Positions 8,368 to 17,149 of a stretch of DNA of 64,000 nucleotides are shown in pieces. Within the stretch, counting starts at the first letter, position 1, and each line of letters opens with the position of its first letter. The position numbers and the translations under genes are program-made. The notes beneath the pieces were generated by a model. That model had not been told where the DNA came from. It made no database searches and saw only the letters and a program-made list of their open reading frames with translations. Source of the stretch: a virus (Duplodnaviria; Heunggongvirae; Uroviricota; Caudoviricetes); IMG/VR virus record IMGVR_UViG_3300020057_001228, positions 1 to 64,000 of that record, one strand, 5' to 3'.

Positions 8368-9016
8368 GAGTCCAGTCTATCGAAGCGATGTCTTTGCTAG
8401 CTAAGAATGCGTTTGCCTTTGAGAAGGGCTTAGACCCAAAGAAGCCACTATTTGCCGAATAGGGACTAGGGTGGGCTGCTTTAACAGCGTATTGCCCTTG
8501 TGGTGTGTACGGGAGTTTGTTTTGAGCGTGCTTACCAAAGAGTAGATAGACTACTGGTCTGCCAGAGTCACCCAAGGCTTTGATAGTCGCATCAACTAGG
8601 AAGTCCCACATACCTACATGAGATGCAGGTTTATGGATCTCTACAGTTAGACTGCTGTTCAATAGGAGTACACCCTGCTTAGCCCACGTGATAAGGGTAC
8701 GATCTTTAAGTTTGTCATCGAGATCGTGGTACACCTCTCTGTAGATATTCGCAAGAGACGGAGGCAGACTCTGATCCGCATTCACAGCAAAGGCTAGGCC
8801 GTTTGCTACACCAGGCGTATGGTAGGGATCTTGGCCTTGTAGAAGTACTTTTACATCTTCGAAGTCTGTAAGATGATAGGCACGTAAGATGTTCTCCTCT
8901 GACGGAGCTATATGCTTACCAGAGTCTCTGATACCTTGTAGGTTATCTTCGATCCTCTGTTGTGTACCCTCAGGCAAAGCTTTAAGCCAGCCAGGTGGTA
9001 AGATGTTCTGCGTCAT
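8360..9016 (-). CDS. ung: uracil-DNA glycosylase, family 1
   Basis: GQDPYH water-activating motif and HPSPYS (HPSPLS-type) motif. Confidence 0.85.
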   Translation of the reverse strand: MTQNILPPGWLKALPEGTQQRIEDNLQGIRDSGKHIAPSEENILRAYHLTDFEDVKVLLQGQDPYHTPGVANGLAFAVNADQSLPPSLANIYREVYHDLDDKLKDRTLITWAKQGVLLLNSSLTVEIHKPASHVGMWDFLVDATIKALGDSGRPVVYLLFGKHAQNKLPYTPQGQYAVKAAHPSPYSANSGFFGSKPFSKANAFLASKDIASIDWTHE

Positions 9017-9039
9017 TAATTCCTACATGTTTAATCCGC

Positions 9040-9252
9040 CTAGAATGCTAAAAGCGGTTTGAGCTGCTCAGTCTTCAGAGCCTTAGCATTCCTCCTGTAG
9101 TCTAAGGCTTGCCTCAGCACATGGATATCTTGAATGATGAAAGCAGCTGCGCATACTCTATCACTGAGACCGAGAGCACTCTTTGCGGTGAACGATAGAG
9201 TTGCTATATGTCCTTCTATCCACTCAGCTAAGATAGGCAAGCCTTCCATGCG
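9040..9252 (-). CDS. small protein of array family (C-term FIIQDIHVLRQALDYRRNAKALK); start uncertain
   Basis: Track ORF 9040..9441 overlaps RlpA-like gene; likely internal start. Confidence 0.3.
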   Translation of the reverse strand, partial: RMEGLPILAEWIEGHIATLSFTAKSALGLSDRVCAAAFIIQDIHVLRQALDYRRNAKALKTEQLKPLLAF

Positions 9253-9310
9253 TACGTAACCTAGATCGGTATTGTTCAACCAGGGAGACCACACACAGTA
9301 GTCTTCGTCT

Positions 9311-9688
9311 TCATCCTCCCCGCTGAACAATGACCACCTCCACTGGAGCGATACCATCCATACCAATCTTACGAGCAGCTGCTGTAGAGATATCGATGAT
9401 ACGTCCTCTTGTGAAGGGACCTCTATCCGTGATACGCACAAGGACTGACTTCTTGGTACGAGTGTTTGTCACTCTGACCCATGTTCCAAATGGAAGGGAC
9501 CTTGAAGCAGCTGTGAATGCCCATTGGTTGAAGCGTTCACCAGAGGCTGTACGCTTACCGTGGAAGCCATCTCCCCATCCATAAGTACTACCAATACCAG
9601 TTTGCCTGTAGCCCCTATCTGGAGCCGCTACAGCTGGCTGTACTGTTGATGTTAGCAGGGCCATTAAGGCCGCTAGGATTACTCTCAT
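9311..9688 (-). CDS. RlpA-like double-psi beta-barrel secreted protein
   Basis: Signal peptide plus STYGWGDGFHGKRTASGE...LPFGTWVRVTN...VLVRITDRGPF...RIIDIS..AARKIG, near-identical pattern to RlpA DPBB. Confidence 0.8.
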   Translation of the reverse strand: MRVILAALMALLTSTVQPAVAAPDRGYRQTGIGSTYGWGDGFHGKRTASGERFNQWAFTAASRSLPFGTWVRVTNTRTKKSVLVRITDRGPFTRGRIIDISTAAARKIGMDGIAPVEVVIVQRGG

Positions 9689-9838
9689 GTTTACTCCTTG
9701 GTTTATGACTCTCGTACATAATATTGAAGATGTCCAGGCAGTCTATGTAACCTAGTGCTGACGCTGGACTAGGGTATCTGTAATAGAGCATTCTTCTTAC
9801 CTAACAAGAACTCACGTACAAGCCTTAGCATCAGACAC

Positions 9839-10024
9839 TCATCGTGAATACGACCGAACGCGTTTACTTCTTCTGGGGTACATAACGAAGCTAATGTCAC
9901 TCTGGATTCTATCGTCACCACGCGCTAAGAAGCGGGATATCCCATCACAATAGTCGATTGATCTTATGACTACCTCCACCAAAGGCTCTTGGTCGGTATA
10001 GTACATAAACATGTTTTCATCCAC
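9839..10024 (-). CDS. array small ORF
   Basis: C-term ISFVMYPRRSKRVRS. Confidence 0.3.
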   Translation of the reverse strand: MDENMFMYYTDQEPLVEVVIRSIDYCDGISRFLARGDDRIQSDISFVMYPRRSKRVRSYSR

Positions 10025-10241
10025 AACGTTTCCTCGTGGCTACTTTGAAGAGCATATAGCAAGCTACGATCTGATCCTGTATCAGTAATCTATCCTGAAG
10101 TGACCGCTTAACGGATGTATAAGCCGCTAGGTTGTTATGCAACCAGAAGCTGGCTGTGTGCACACCATAGGGACATATCTGTTCAGTGATGAACTCAGGG
10201 AAGGTACCAAAGTAGTACTGTGGCTCGTAGTGTGTTAACAC
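10017..10241 (-). CDS. array small ORF
   Basis: C-term DQIVACYMLFKVATRKR. Confidence 0.35.
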   Translation of the reverse strand: MLTHYEPQYYFGTFPEFITEQICPYGVHTASFWLHNNLAAYTSVKRSLQDRLLIQDQIVACYMLFKVATRKRCG

Positions 10242-10465
10242 CGATTCCTCGTAGCTGTTTCATAGAGTTCTCTAGCAACAAGGCACTCATCATAGGCTCT
10301 ACGGATGTAGCGTTCGTCTTTGTTGACATCTCCTATTGCTCTGTCTAGTAGGATGAACTCTTGGCATAGGAACTGTTGTAGTCCCTGGTTGGTTGCAACA
10401 CGTGCTATACAGACGGCGATAGGTCCTATATCACTGTAGAAGATGAAGCTGTTGTCTTTAGGCAT
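10235..10465 (-). CDS. array small ORF
   Basis: C-term ECLVARELYETATRNR. Confidence 0.35.
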   Translation of the reverse strand: MPKDNSFIFYSDIGPIAVCIARVATNQGLQQFLCQEFILLDRAIGDVNKDERYIRRAYDECLVARELYETATRNRC

Positions 10466-10782
10466 CGATGTTTACCTGTTTGGTACACAACCCACGCTGC
10501 GTACGTCTGAGTGTAGATAAGGCTATAGTTATCCTTTAAGCTGTCCCACTTACCCCACAGAAAGTCTGCGTTTGAGCCAGCTAGGTGAGCCCAGTGGTAT
10601 ATATCATGCAACCTATGGGTAGCTCTACCACCTATCCACTCGTGATCTGTGCCATACTCAGGTGCTATGAGAAGAGTACTTTTTAGCTGTACGGTAGATA
10701 GTTCTCGCAACGTAGCAGTGTTGGAGTAAGGCGTTGATTTTGCTTGCACCGAAACCTTCTTCACCCACTCTCTCTTGTACAT
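10426..10782 (-). CDS. hypothetical (118 aa)
   Basis: Minus ORF overlapping neighbours. Confidence 0.3.
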   Translation of the reverse strand: MYKREWVKKVSVQAKSTPYSNTATLRELSTVQLKSTLLIAPEYGTDHEWIGGRATHRLHDIYHWAHLAGSNADFLWGKWDSLKDNYSLIYTQTYAAWVVYQTGKHRCLKTTASSSTVI

Positions 10783-10897
10783 TTCGGTCTAGGTAGTACA
10801 TCCAGGTGTACAAGAATCTAGACTTATCAAGACACACGCTAACCATCATGTAGGGTGTGATCCAGTTCTTCAAAAGAGGCCAGAGTGCTCTGCCCAA
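10658..10897 (-). CDS. array small ORF
   Basis: C-term LLQHCYVARTIYRTAKKY. Confidence 0.35.
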   Translation of the reverse strand: MGRALWPLLKNWITPYMMVSVCLDKSRFLYTWMYYLDRNVQERVGEEGFGASKINALLQHCYVARTIYRTAKKYSSHST

Positions 10898-11382
10898 CTA
10901 CCCCATACGTTGTACACTGTCTTCTCTTTAGACTTAGCGTAGTCGATACAGTTAGTGGTACCGCCAGGTCTACCAGACCATAGAGCTAGGATGATGTTGG
11001 AATGATCAACGATCCAGATGTTTCGGATCTGAAGCTTCTCACCAGAGTATCCACCGGACGAGGTATAAGCTACCTCAGCGTACTCACATAACTCAACGTG
11101 TCTACGCAGCCAGTAGGGACCCCAATTGCTACCGTGGCCCTCGAAAGGTATGGCAGCTACTAAAGATATACTTAGGTTCTTAGCTGCTTGAGCTAGAGCC
11201 ATATCCCAACCCAAAGCCATACCACTGATGACTTTGGATGGGGCAAGACTTTCTAAAGACTTAGTAGCAAGAGCTACCAGCCTGTCAAACACGAGATCCG
11301 AATAAGGATCAATGGTCCCAGGAGGGATTAGACCGCCTGGTCTATGTCCCGTCCCGCCCAGTATCAGAGTCTCTTGTGACAT
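10870..11382 (-). CDS. DUF1273/YoqJ-like (SLOG-type Rossmann) protein
   Basis: LILGGTGHR...ISGMALGWDMALAQAA...AAIPFEGHGSNW resembles YoqJ-family signature. Confidence 0.5.
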   Translation of the reverse strand: MSQETLILGGTGHRPGGLIPPGTIDPYSDLVFDRLVALATKSLESLAPSKVISGMALGWDMALAQAAKNLSISLVAAIPFEGHGSNWGPYWLRRHVELCEYAEVAYTSSGGYSGEKLQIRNIWIVDHSNIILALWSGRPGGTTNCIDYAKSKEKTVYNVWGSWAEHSGLF

Positions 11383-12580
11383 TCATCCTCTGCTGTATCT
11401 CTTTTAGGAAGCCTAGAGGGTCATCAACATGCTCGATGGCAATCTCTTGCACATGAGCCATGCTTAGGCCAGTATCATCAGACCTCAACATGCCACCCTT
11501 CTTATCTGGATAGAAACGTTTGTACATCTCCATCACCTGATATGAGTTAGCGTTGCTGAGTTCCATCTTGATATCAGCTCTACCTGGACGTATTAATGCA
11601 GGGTCTAGCTTCTCAGGATGATTTGTAGTCATCACAAAGATCCTACCCTCAGGTGCACCTAGTCCATCGATAGCGTTGAGTAGACCACCAAAGCTGATCT
11701 GCTGGTGTTCCTTGTTGGTAACTACACGTCCCTCAAAGATGGTATCGATCTCTTCGAATACCACGATAGAGTTCTCGTTAGTTGTAGCCACGATGTCCAT
11801 TAGCTTAGCGTCTGTGAGTTCCTGGTCAGCTAGGTTCACGATGTGAACATCAGCTAACAGGTGAGTAGCCATGACGAGGATAAGAGAACTCTTACCATTA
11901 CCAGGTTCACCATGTAGTAGGTAGCCACGCTTCCAGGGTATACCCATCCGTAGGTACCAGTCTCTACGTCTCTTGAATGTATCCAGATCATCCAGAATGC
12001 TCTGCATCTGTCCTTCTTTAAGGACTAATGTCTCAGGTGGTCTGAATGATTTAGCGCACGCGTCGGACCAGTGGTAGCCATTGTAGGCCATTACCTGGAT
12101 GCTAGTCTTCTCGCTGACTCTATGAGAACGATACATGTCCAACACCAAGTCATAGACCATCTGACGTGTTCCACCAATCGTTGATAGACTGATAGTTTCG
12201 ATCCATGCATTGTGTTTCAGTCCTGACGTAGCACTCTTCTCACGTGACCTGACCATCCAGAAGAATCTTCCCTTGTAGGTGAAGAAGTGGAAGCCAGGTG
12301 CTGGAGATAGTTTGATGATGGGGTCAGCTGCATCAGAAGGACCAGAGATAGCCGTGATAGTCACAGCCTTGTTCTTGTCTGTACGGATGTTCTGGTCCAT
12401 CCAGCTTTGCATCCAGTAGAAGACGTTATCCTGGTTCGTGATATCGATAGTGGTGATGAATCTGTTACGGCCTATACCAGCTAGATTGCTAAGCGTATCC
12501 TTAGCTGAACTAAGAATTGCATTCAGCACGACAAGAGCTGCACCACTAGTCAGGAGTGTATTGCTGAATGGATCGATCAT
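11342..12580 (-). CDS. BCS1-like AAA+ ATPase
   Basis: GIPWKRGYLLHGEPGNGKSSLI (Walker A), IVVFEEIDTIF (Walker B) with BCS1-N-like N-terminal region. Confidence 0.8.
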   Translation of the reverse strand: MIDPFSNTLLTSGAALVVLNAILSSAKDTLSNLAGIGRNRFITTIDITNQDNVFYWMQSWMDQNIRTDKNKAVTITAISGPSDAADPIIKLSPAPGFHFFTYKGRFFWMVRSREKSATSGLKHNAWIETISLSTIGGTRQMVYDLVLDMYRSHRVSEKTSIQVMAYNGYHWSDACAKSFRPPETLVLKEGQMQSILDDLDTFKRRRDWYLRMGIPWKRGYLLHGEPGNGKSSLILVMATHLLADVHIVNLADQELTDAKLMDIVATTNENSIVVFEEIDTIFEGRVVTNKEHQQISFGGLLNAIDGLGAPEGRIFVMTTNHPEKLDPALIRPGRADIKMELSNANSYQVMEMYKRFYPDKKGGMLRSDDTGLSMAHVQEIAIEHVDDPLGFLKEIQQRMNVTRDSDTGRDGT

Positions 12581-12876
12581 CCGACTAGTTCTTCTGCAGC
12601 GTTATGAAAGACAGATGCTGCCAGCTCGTTGTGTACAATCACACACATCATCGTAACTGTCAGCGCAAAGGTGTCGAGGAACTGATGGAACTCAATCTTC
12701 TCAGTACCCTGTACGACAGGCCTCAGTTCTTTGCTGAGTATATTGATGAGTCGCTTCATCAGTTCAGGGTTAGGTAGGTCAGCCAGCTTCTGCATAAGAG
12801 GAGCGTAGTCTGGAGTGTTGGCTGTTTGGGAGACGCAGCTTAATAGCTGTCGAAGATCGTCGGGTTTGAAACTCAT
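12577..12876 (-). CDS. hypothetical (99 aa)
   Basis: ATGA coupling. Confidence 0.4.
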   Translation of the reverse strand: MSFKPDDLRQLLSCVSQTANTPDYAPLMQKLADLPNPELMKRLINILSKELRPVVQGTEKIEFHQFLDTFALTVTMMCVIVHNELAASVFHNAAEELVG

Positions 12877-13076
12877 ACTGCTGCTCCATTTAAGAGACTG
12901 ACCAATGCTACTTCTATTTGCTCGTGCGACATCTCACCGCTATCATAAGCGTCACTGAGATCAGCTAACTTCTCATAACGCTTATTAGCGTCCTCTAGAG
13001 CCCCGCCTACAGAGTCCATCACAAAGGAATGTGTGAACTCATAAGCACGAGCAGATGTGAAGCATTCGTGTTGCAA
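12873..13076 (-). CDS. hypothetical acidic (67 aa)
   Basis: Minus ORF. Confidence 0.35.
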   Translation of the reverse strand: MQHECFTSARAYEFTHSFVMDSVGGALEDANKRYEKLADLSDAYDSGEMSHEQIEVALVSLLNGAAV

Positions 13077-13126
13077 CGTGTATTCCTTCTGTATCGGAAG
13101 TCCTCCAGGGACCCTCAGAGAAGGTC

Positions 13127-13444
13127 TTACTCTGGAGATATCAGGTGATCCTGATTCTTAGGTCTACCAAGCTTGTAGCTGTCATACATAAAGACTACGC
13201 ACTCGGCAAACTCACAAGCTAGTTCTGTCTCAATTTCTGTCTCAATGCGGTGATAGCCTTCCAGCACTCTGTTGATGTAGGGCACTACGAAGATAAGTTG
13301 CCACGAGCGGATGTCGTCCAACGTCTTCTTGCTGAACTGACGAGCATCTCTTATCCAAGACGAACTTGTAGACGTCGAAGCAGTAGTCAAGTGCTCTTGT
13401 GTAGATAATGAGCTCGTCATCCCCAATCCTCTTGTCTGCTTCAA
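13127..13444 (-). CDS. hypothetical; overlaps 13242..13571 in another frame
   Basis: C-terminal half protein-like, N-terminal half low-complexity. Confidence 0.25.
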   Translation of the reverse strand: MKQTRGLGMTSSLSTQEHLTTASTSTSSSWIRDARQFSKKTLDDIRSWQLIFVVPYINRVLEGYHRIETEIETELACEFAECVVFMYDSYKLGRPKNQDHLISPE

Positions 13445-13571
13445 ATCTACTTATCAGGATCTTTGTATCCATCTCTAACCTAGCTATAGGTAGCCGAGGC
13501 GAGTGGCGTCTAAAGCTACCTATTAGAGACGGGTAGCTTGTCTCTGTTGATCTGTCTCTTGATACGTACAT
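13242..13571 (-). CDS. array small ORF (motif DELIIYTRALDYCFDVYKFVLDKR, then junk-like tail)
   Basis: Possible frameshift with 13127..13444. Confidence 0.3.
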   Translation of the reverse strand: MYVSRDRSTETSYPSLIGSFRRHSPRLPIARLEMDTKILISRFEADKRIGDDELIIYTRALDYCFDVYKFVLDKRCSSVQQEDVGRHPLVATYLRSALHQQSAGRLSPH

Positions 13572-13746
13572 TGGTCCAGCACTCGTGTAGATATGTGGTG
13601 TATATGAACTCTAATGGAGAGAAAGCCATGCTGACGTCCCAGTCGAGTCTCTTGAGTATGCCGATAGCCTCTTTGAGGTTGTCTAGGGCTATCACTGGAA
13701 TGATACCTTCCCTAAGAGCCTGATAGCCTAGCTTGTCTTTCAGCAC
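13516..13746 (-). CDS. array small ORF
   Basis: C-term YTTYLHECWTNVRIKRQ. Confidence 0.35.
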   Translation of the reverse strand: MLKDKLGYQALREGIIPVIALDNLKEAIGILKRLDWDVSMAFSPLEFIYTTYLHECWTNVRIKRQINRDKLPVSNR

Positions 13747-13906
13747 GTAATCTCCTCGTCAACATGTAACAGTCACGTAGGTATTTGAGACCGCAATGGT
13801 GCCTAGCTTTGAAGACCATACCTACAGGCCACGGGTTGCTCGGTCTGGTGGCTCTATAGAGCCACTCTTCTAGGTCATAGAGGATATCCAGTGGACTTAG
13901 TTCCAC
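13712..13906 (-). CDS. array small ORF
   Basis: C-term DCYMLTRRLRAERQAR. Confidence 0.3.
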   Translation of the reverse strand: MELSPLDILYDLEEWLYRATRPSNPWPVGMVFKARHHCGLKYLRDCYMLTRRLRAERQARLSGS

Positions 13907-14204
13907 GTAATCTCCTCACGACATGGTATTGAACATGGAGTTCTATGGAGTACATCCATATGGTTGCAAACTGGGTTGGTGGGTAGTGTTTAGGTCTAGA
14001 CTCTTCTGTAAGCTCGATAGCTACATTGATACTAGGTCCAGCAACCCAGCGGGTGAATACCTTAGGCTCCCACCCTGATATGGAACCACCAGACACATGG
14101 CACTCGATCCTACCAGCCTTCAACTTTATCCTGATGTCAGGAGTAAGCTGGACTTCAAACTCCGATGGGATCTGACAACGTTCCATTGCGCCCTCATAAC
14201 ACAC
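13875..14204 (-). CDS. array small ORF (W-M-Y subfamily)
   Basis: C-term TIWMYSIELHVQYHVVRRLRG. Confidence 0.35.
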   Translation of the reverse strand: MCYEGAMERCQIPSEFEVQLTPDIRIKLKAGRIECHVSGGSISGWEPKVFTRWVAGPSINVAIELTEESRPKHYPPTQFATIWMYSIELHVQYHVVRRLRGTKSTGYPL

Positions 14205-14446
14205 GAGTACAACCAGATTGAAGCCAGATACTCTCTTGGGTATTTACTATCATCATAGTTACGTAAACCCTTCTCAAGAGCTTCTAGTGCTATAGGTGTC
14301 TTCCAGTCCCAACTACCCCCGTCACTACTCCAAAAGGAACACCATTGAGGGCTTAGAGTTACTGTAGTAGGACCTATCTTTGTCGTGAAGCACGACGGAA
14401 TCTCACGGTATTCCACATCATCCTCACTCCATGGGCATACATCCAT
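14126..14446 (-). CDS. array small ORF (W-M-Y subfamily)
   Basis: C-term SIWLYSCVMRAQWNVVRSHRS. Confidence 0.35.
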   Translation of the reverse strand: MDVCPWSEDDVEYREIPSCFTTKIGPTTVTLSPQWCSFWSSDGGSWDWKTPIALEALEKGLRNYDDSKYPREYLASIWLYSCVMRAQWNVVRSHRSLKSSLLLTSG

Positions 14447-14676
14447 ACGGTTGCTAGGTACGACAGATCGTACTTACCACTGGAGTCTGGATACTGATGC
14501 TTGTGAGTACACTCGTTGATTGACTCTAATGGGTCAAAGGTGTCTCTAGGATCACAGGACCATCTCTCAACGTGACTATCAGATACACCAGAGTCAAGAT
14601 TGGCACGATAGATATCCCTGTAGAAGCCTACAGTGACGACGCCATGCCCATTGGAGAATTTCTCTTCAAAGTGCAC
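14374..14676 (-). CDS. array small ORF (W-M-Y subfamily)
   Basis: C-term TVWMYAHGVRMMWNTVRFRRA. Confidence 0.35.
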   Translation of the reverse strand: MHFEEKFSNGHGVVTVGFYRDIYRANLDSGVSDSHVERWSCDPRDTFDPLESINECTHKHQYPDSSGKYDLSYLATVWMYAHGVRMMWNTVRFRRASRQR

Positions 14677-14971
14677 GGCGCTTGTGACTCCTTACCAATG
14701 CAGCTCTAGCTACGATGACGTCGATGTACATATGCCACCACTGCATTGGGTTATCTACCGATACATAAGTTCTATGGTTACGTTCTACACTGTTCAATGT
14801 CTTAATGAAATGTTTAACGACTACTGAGTCGTATACATCACGTCTGTATTCACGCTTGTTGTGTATTACGGTGACGTGGTCTGCTGATACTTCGATGTGC
14901 CACTCCGCGAGCAGGGGATCTCTATGGACCCCCAACTCTAGGACTGAGTTACTTGTCGCCGTGGTAGTCAA
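14666..14971 (-). CDS. array small ORF
   Basis: C-term WWHMYIDVIVARAALVRSHKRR. Confidence 0.35.
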   Translation of the reverse strand: MTTTATSNSVLELGVHRDPLLAEWHIEVSADHVTVIHNKREYRRDVYDSVVVKHFIKTLNSVERNHRTYVSVDNPMQWWHMYIDVIVARAALVRSHKRRAL

Positions 14972-15188
14972 GGATGGTGCTCAGCACAGCCAGGTCGATG
15001 GTGCGCTTGGCTACTACAGCATTCGCCTGATCGATCTTGACGTTCGTAGCACCCATCATGCCTTTGATCACTTCAGGCTTAGCCAGCTCTAACCCATCAT
15101 CCGTCAGAGTGATGACTTCAACTCTCTGAGGCAGGGGAACTAGCTTCAAACCGGTGATGGAGCTGATGAGCTTCTTGAGAAATTCCAT
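14949..15188 (-). CDS. hypothetical (79 aa), not of the motif family
   Basis: Clean ORF with balanced composition. Confidence 0.4.
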   Translation of the reverse strand: MEFLKKLISSITGLKLVPLPQRVEVITLTDDGLELAKPEVIKGMMGATNVKIDQANAVVAKRTIDLAVLSTILDYHGDK

Positions 15189-15591
15189 TGGTGTTTCCTT
15201 TTAGTGATCTTCTGTTCCTAACGATGTTCCATGTGCACCGAAGCCACATCGCTTCGCAATAGATATATGGAGGGTAATAGGTGGTGCAGTTAGGCTGATT
15301 AACATCAACCTCGATAGCATGGCCTATATGCTGGACTATCCTGGTGCTGTCGTTCACCGTTATGGTGTGCACCTTACTCCATATAACTAAGATCACTGAG
15401 AAGCCTGTATGCTCCCCCTGTGCGTTGTAATCGTATCCAATGGATAGCAATTGATCAGGACGTGGGGAAGCTTCATAGCGCTCACCTAGTGGGATACTGT
15501 GCCTTTTGATATACGGTACAGCGCTCTGCATAAGTTGGTGTCCTCTAGTACACTGTGCCAACTGTGGTTGCTTCCCCTTACCATGGCCCAT
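15118..15591 (-). CDS. array ORF (motif CEAMWLRCTWNIVRNRRS internal)
   Basis: W-M-Y subfamily motif; 3' end overlaps next gene. Confidence 0.3.
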   Translation of the reverse strand: MGHGKGKQPQLAQCTRGHQLMQSAVPYIKRHSIPLGERYEASPRPDQLLSIGYDYNAQGEHTGFSVILVIWSKVHTITVNDSTRIVQHIGHAIEVDVNQPNCTTYYPPYIYCEAMWLRCTWNIVRNRRSLKGNTNGISQEAHQLHHRFEASSPASES

Positions 15592-15698
15592 AGCCAGTCT
15601 GCACAGCTGTACAGCAGGGCTGGACCAGTACCGAATACTAAGGGGTTACCTATGCTGGCTGCTGTGTAGGCTTCAAACAGTGTTAGTGGATCTCGCAA
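15486..15698 (-). CDS. array small ORF
   Basis: C-term DTNLCRALYRISKG. Confidence 0.35.
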   Translation of the reverse strand: MRDPLTLFEAYTAASIGNPLVFGTGPALLYSCADWLWAMVRGSNHSWHSVLEDTNLCRALYRISKGTVSH

Positions 15699-15876
15699 TC
15701 TTAAGTAGCTCCCTAGCCAACACGATGTCTTCTAGCATGAGTTGTCCTGCCTGCCCAAAGCCTTTAACACGTGGTGGGCTGTGAGCAACAGAGTTAATAT
15801 AGGCAAGACCCTGGAACATTGATGGGCTGCTATTGTTACCATCAGTGTAGCCCTTGAAGAGCTTTACTGGTCCCAT
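15673..15876 (-). CDS. array small ORF
   Basis: C-term DIVLARELLKIARS. Confidence 0.35.
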   Translation of the reverse strand: MGPVKLFKGYTDGNNSSPSMFQGLAYINSVAHSPPRVKGFGQAGQLMLEDIVLARELLKIARSTNTV

Positions 15877-15973
15877 GATAGCTTCCTGGCTAACTTAAAG
15901 AAGCCATAGCATAACCACAGGTCATCCTGAGTACCTTGACCTACAGTGCCATCAAACTCTTCTACAGCGCACT

Positions 15974-16246
15974 CTATGATGAAGGAAGGCATGTAGAGCG
16001 CTGTGATCTGGAAGTCGTCATTGAAGACCATATCAGATGACCAAGTAGTGTGTCGTCATAGACAATGACCATATCCTCAGGTTCCAAACTGGCGTGATGT
16101 ATCTTGCTTCTAAGTACCCTTGTGAACTCATAGAGAGCTGTGATGTCAGGGTACTCTTTGGTGTACAGCTGCAGCAGCATTACTGGAGCTATGTGTGGAC
16201 TGTCTGGATCGTCTCCATAGTACGTTACAGAGTTGGACGTCGTCAT
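15974..16246 (-). CDS. array small ORF
   Basis: C-term DDTLLGHLIWSSMTTSRSQR. Confidence 0.3.
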   Translation of the reverse strand: MTTSNSVTYYGDDPDSPHIAPVMLLQLYTKEYPDITALYEFTRVLRSKIHHASLEPEDMVIVYDDTLLGHLIWSSMTTSRSQRSTCLPSS

Positions 16247-16415
16247 AGATGTACTCGTACCCTCGCTTAGTCATAGCCTTACCAAAGTTCTCTATAGTTG
16301 TGGTGATACCACCCAAGATAGATATCGATCTATATAAGGCTTCAACCTTGTGGAATGACACAGAGTCATTGTGCTGAGCTAAGAGAGCAGCAGGCTCTTT
16401 GTAGTAGGCCGCCAT
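16146..16415 (-). CDS. array small ORF
   Basis: C-term DDVQLCNVLWRRSRQ. Confidence 0.35.
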   Translation of the reverse strand: MAAYYKEPAALLAQHNDSVSFHKVEALYRSISILGGITTTIENFGKAMTKRGYEYIYDDVQLCNVLWRRSRQSTHSSSNAAAAVHQRVP

Positions 16416-16582
16416 CTAACACCATATTCCATACATGCGTATAGGAAAGCTATATCAGCCAAACCATGATCATCGACATGCCCATCGCTGACTTGGCCAC
16501 CTAGACAATCACACATACTCTCAATGTCTTCACCCTTCTGGGTTTCTAGAATGTCTCGTACGAGAGTACTTATAACCATCAT
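16379..16582 (-). CDS. array small ORF
   Basis: C-term FLYACMEYGVRWRP. Confidence 0.3.
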   Translation of the reverse strand: MMVISTLVRDILETQKGEDIESMCDCLGGQVSDGHVDDHGLADIAFLYACMEYGVRWRPTTKSLLLS

Positions 16583-16695
16583 ACAATAACCTCACACCCC
16601 TGATGAACGGTACATTCTCAAACGCGAAGCTTATCTTCATGCGGCAAGCTTGCTTGAACACTGGGTGATCGATCAGGTGTGCCCCTGATGCATGT

Positions 16696-16968
16696 TCAGG
16701 TGAGAAGACGTCGCCTCTTTCTTATTGCAAAGAAGTTGATCCATAGAAAGCACACGTTGGTGTAGATATGCTTCAACTCACTCTTGGTTGTAAGCGGGTA
16801 GTGATTGAAGCTACAGTGATCTAGTATCTCATGGACCGAAGAGCGGATACACCTAGCTACACCTTCAGTTCTCCACTTGTCCACGTGCTTTGTATTCCTA
16901 CGTGCTTTGAGTAGCTCGTTTACTACGGTGTCTGGCAGCTTGTCGTCCATCCCATAGAGCTCTGGCAA
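16696..16968 (-). CDS. array small ORF
   Basis: C-term NVCFLWINFFAIRKRRR. Confidence 0.35.
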   Translation of the reverse strand: MPELYGMDDKLPDTVVNELLKARRNTKHVDKWRTEGVARCIRSSVHEILDHCSFNHYPLTTKSELKHIYTNVCFLWINFFAIRKRRRLLT

Positions 16969-17149
16969 CTAGAGCTTCCTCCCTTATAGTTGGGTAGCTG
17001 ATTGTCCGAGCGATGTTCGTTCGGTAACTAATGACACTATCGTGAGCACGCTTCTGTAAGGCTTCTACAGCCCTATAGATAGCACGCGCATAGATACCTT
17101 TGTAGTAGTGCAGATACAGGTCAAGATAGTGTGCTTGTTCGTCTGTCAC
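16898..17149 (-). CDS. array small ORF
   Basis: C-term EEALVARALWDGRQAARHRSKR. Confidence 0.35.
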   Translation of the reverse strand: MTDEQAHYLDLYLHYYKGIYARAIYRAVEALQKRAHDSVISYRTNIARTISYPTIREEALVARALWDGRQAARHRSKRATQST

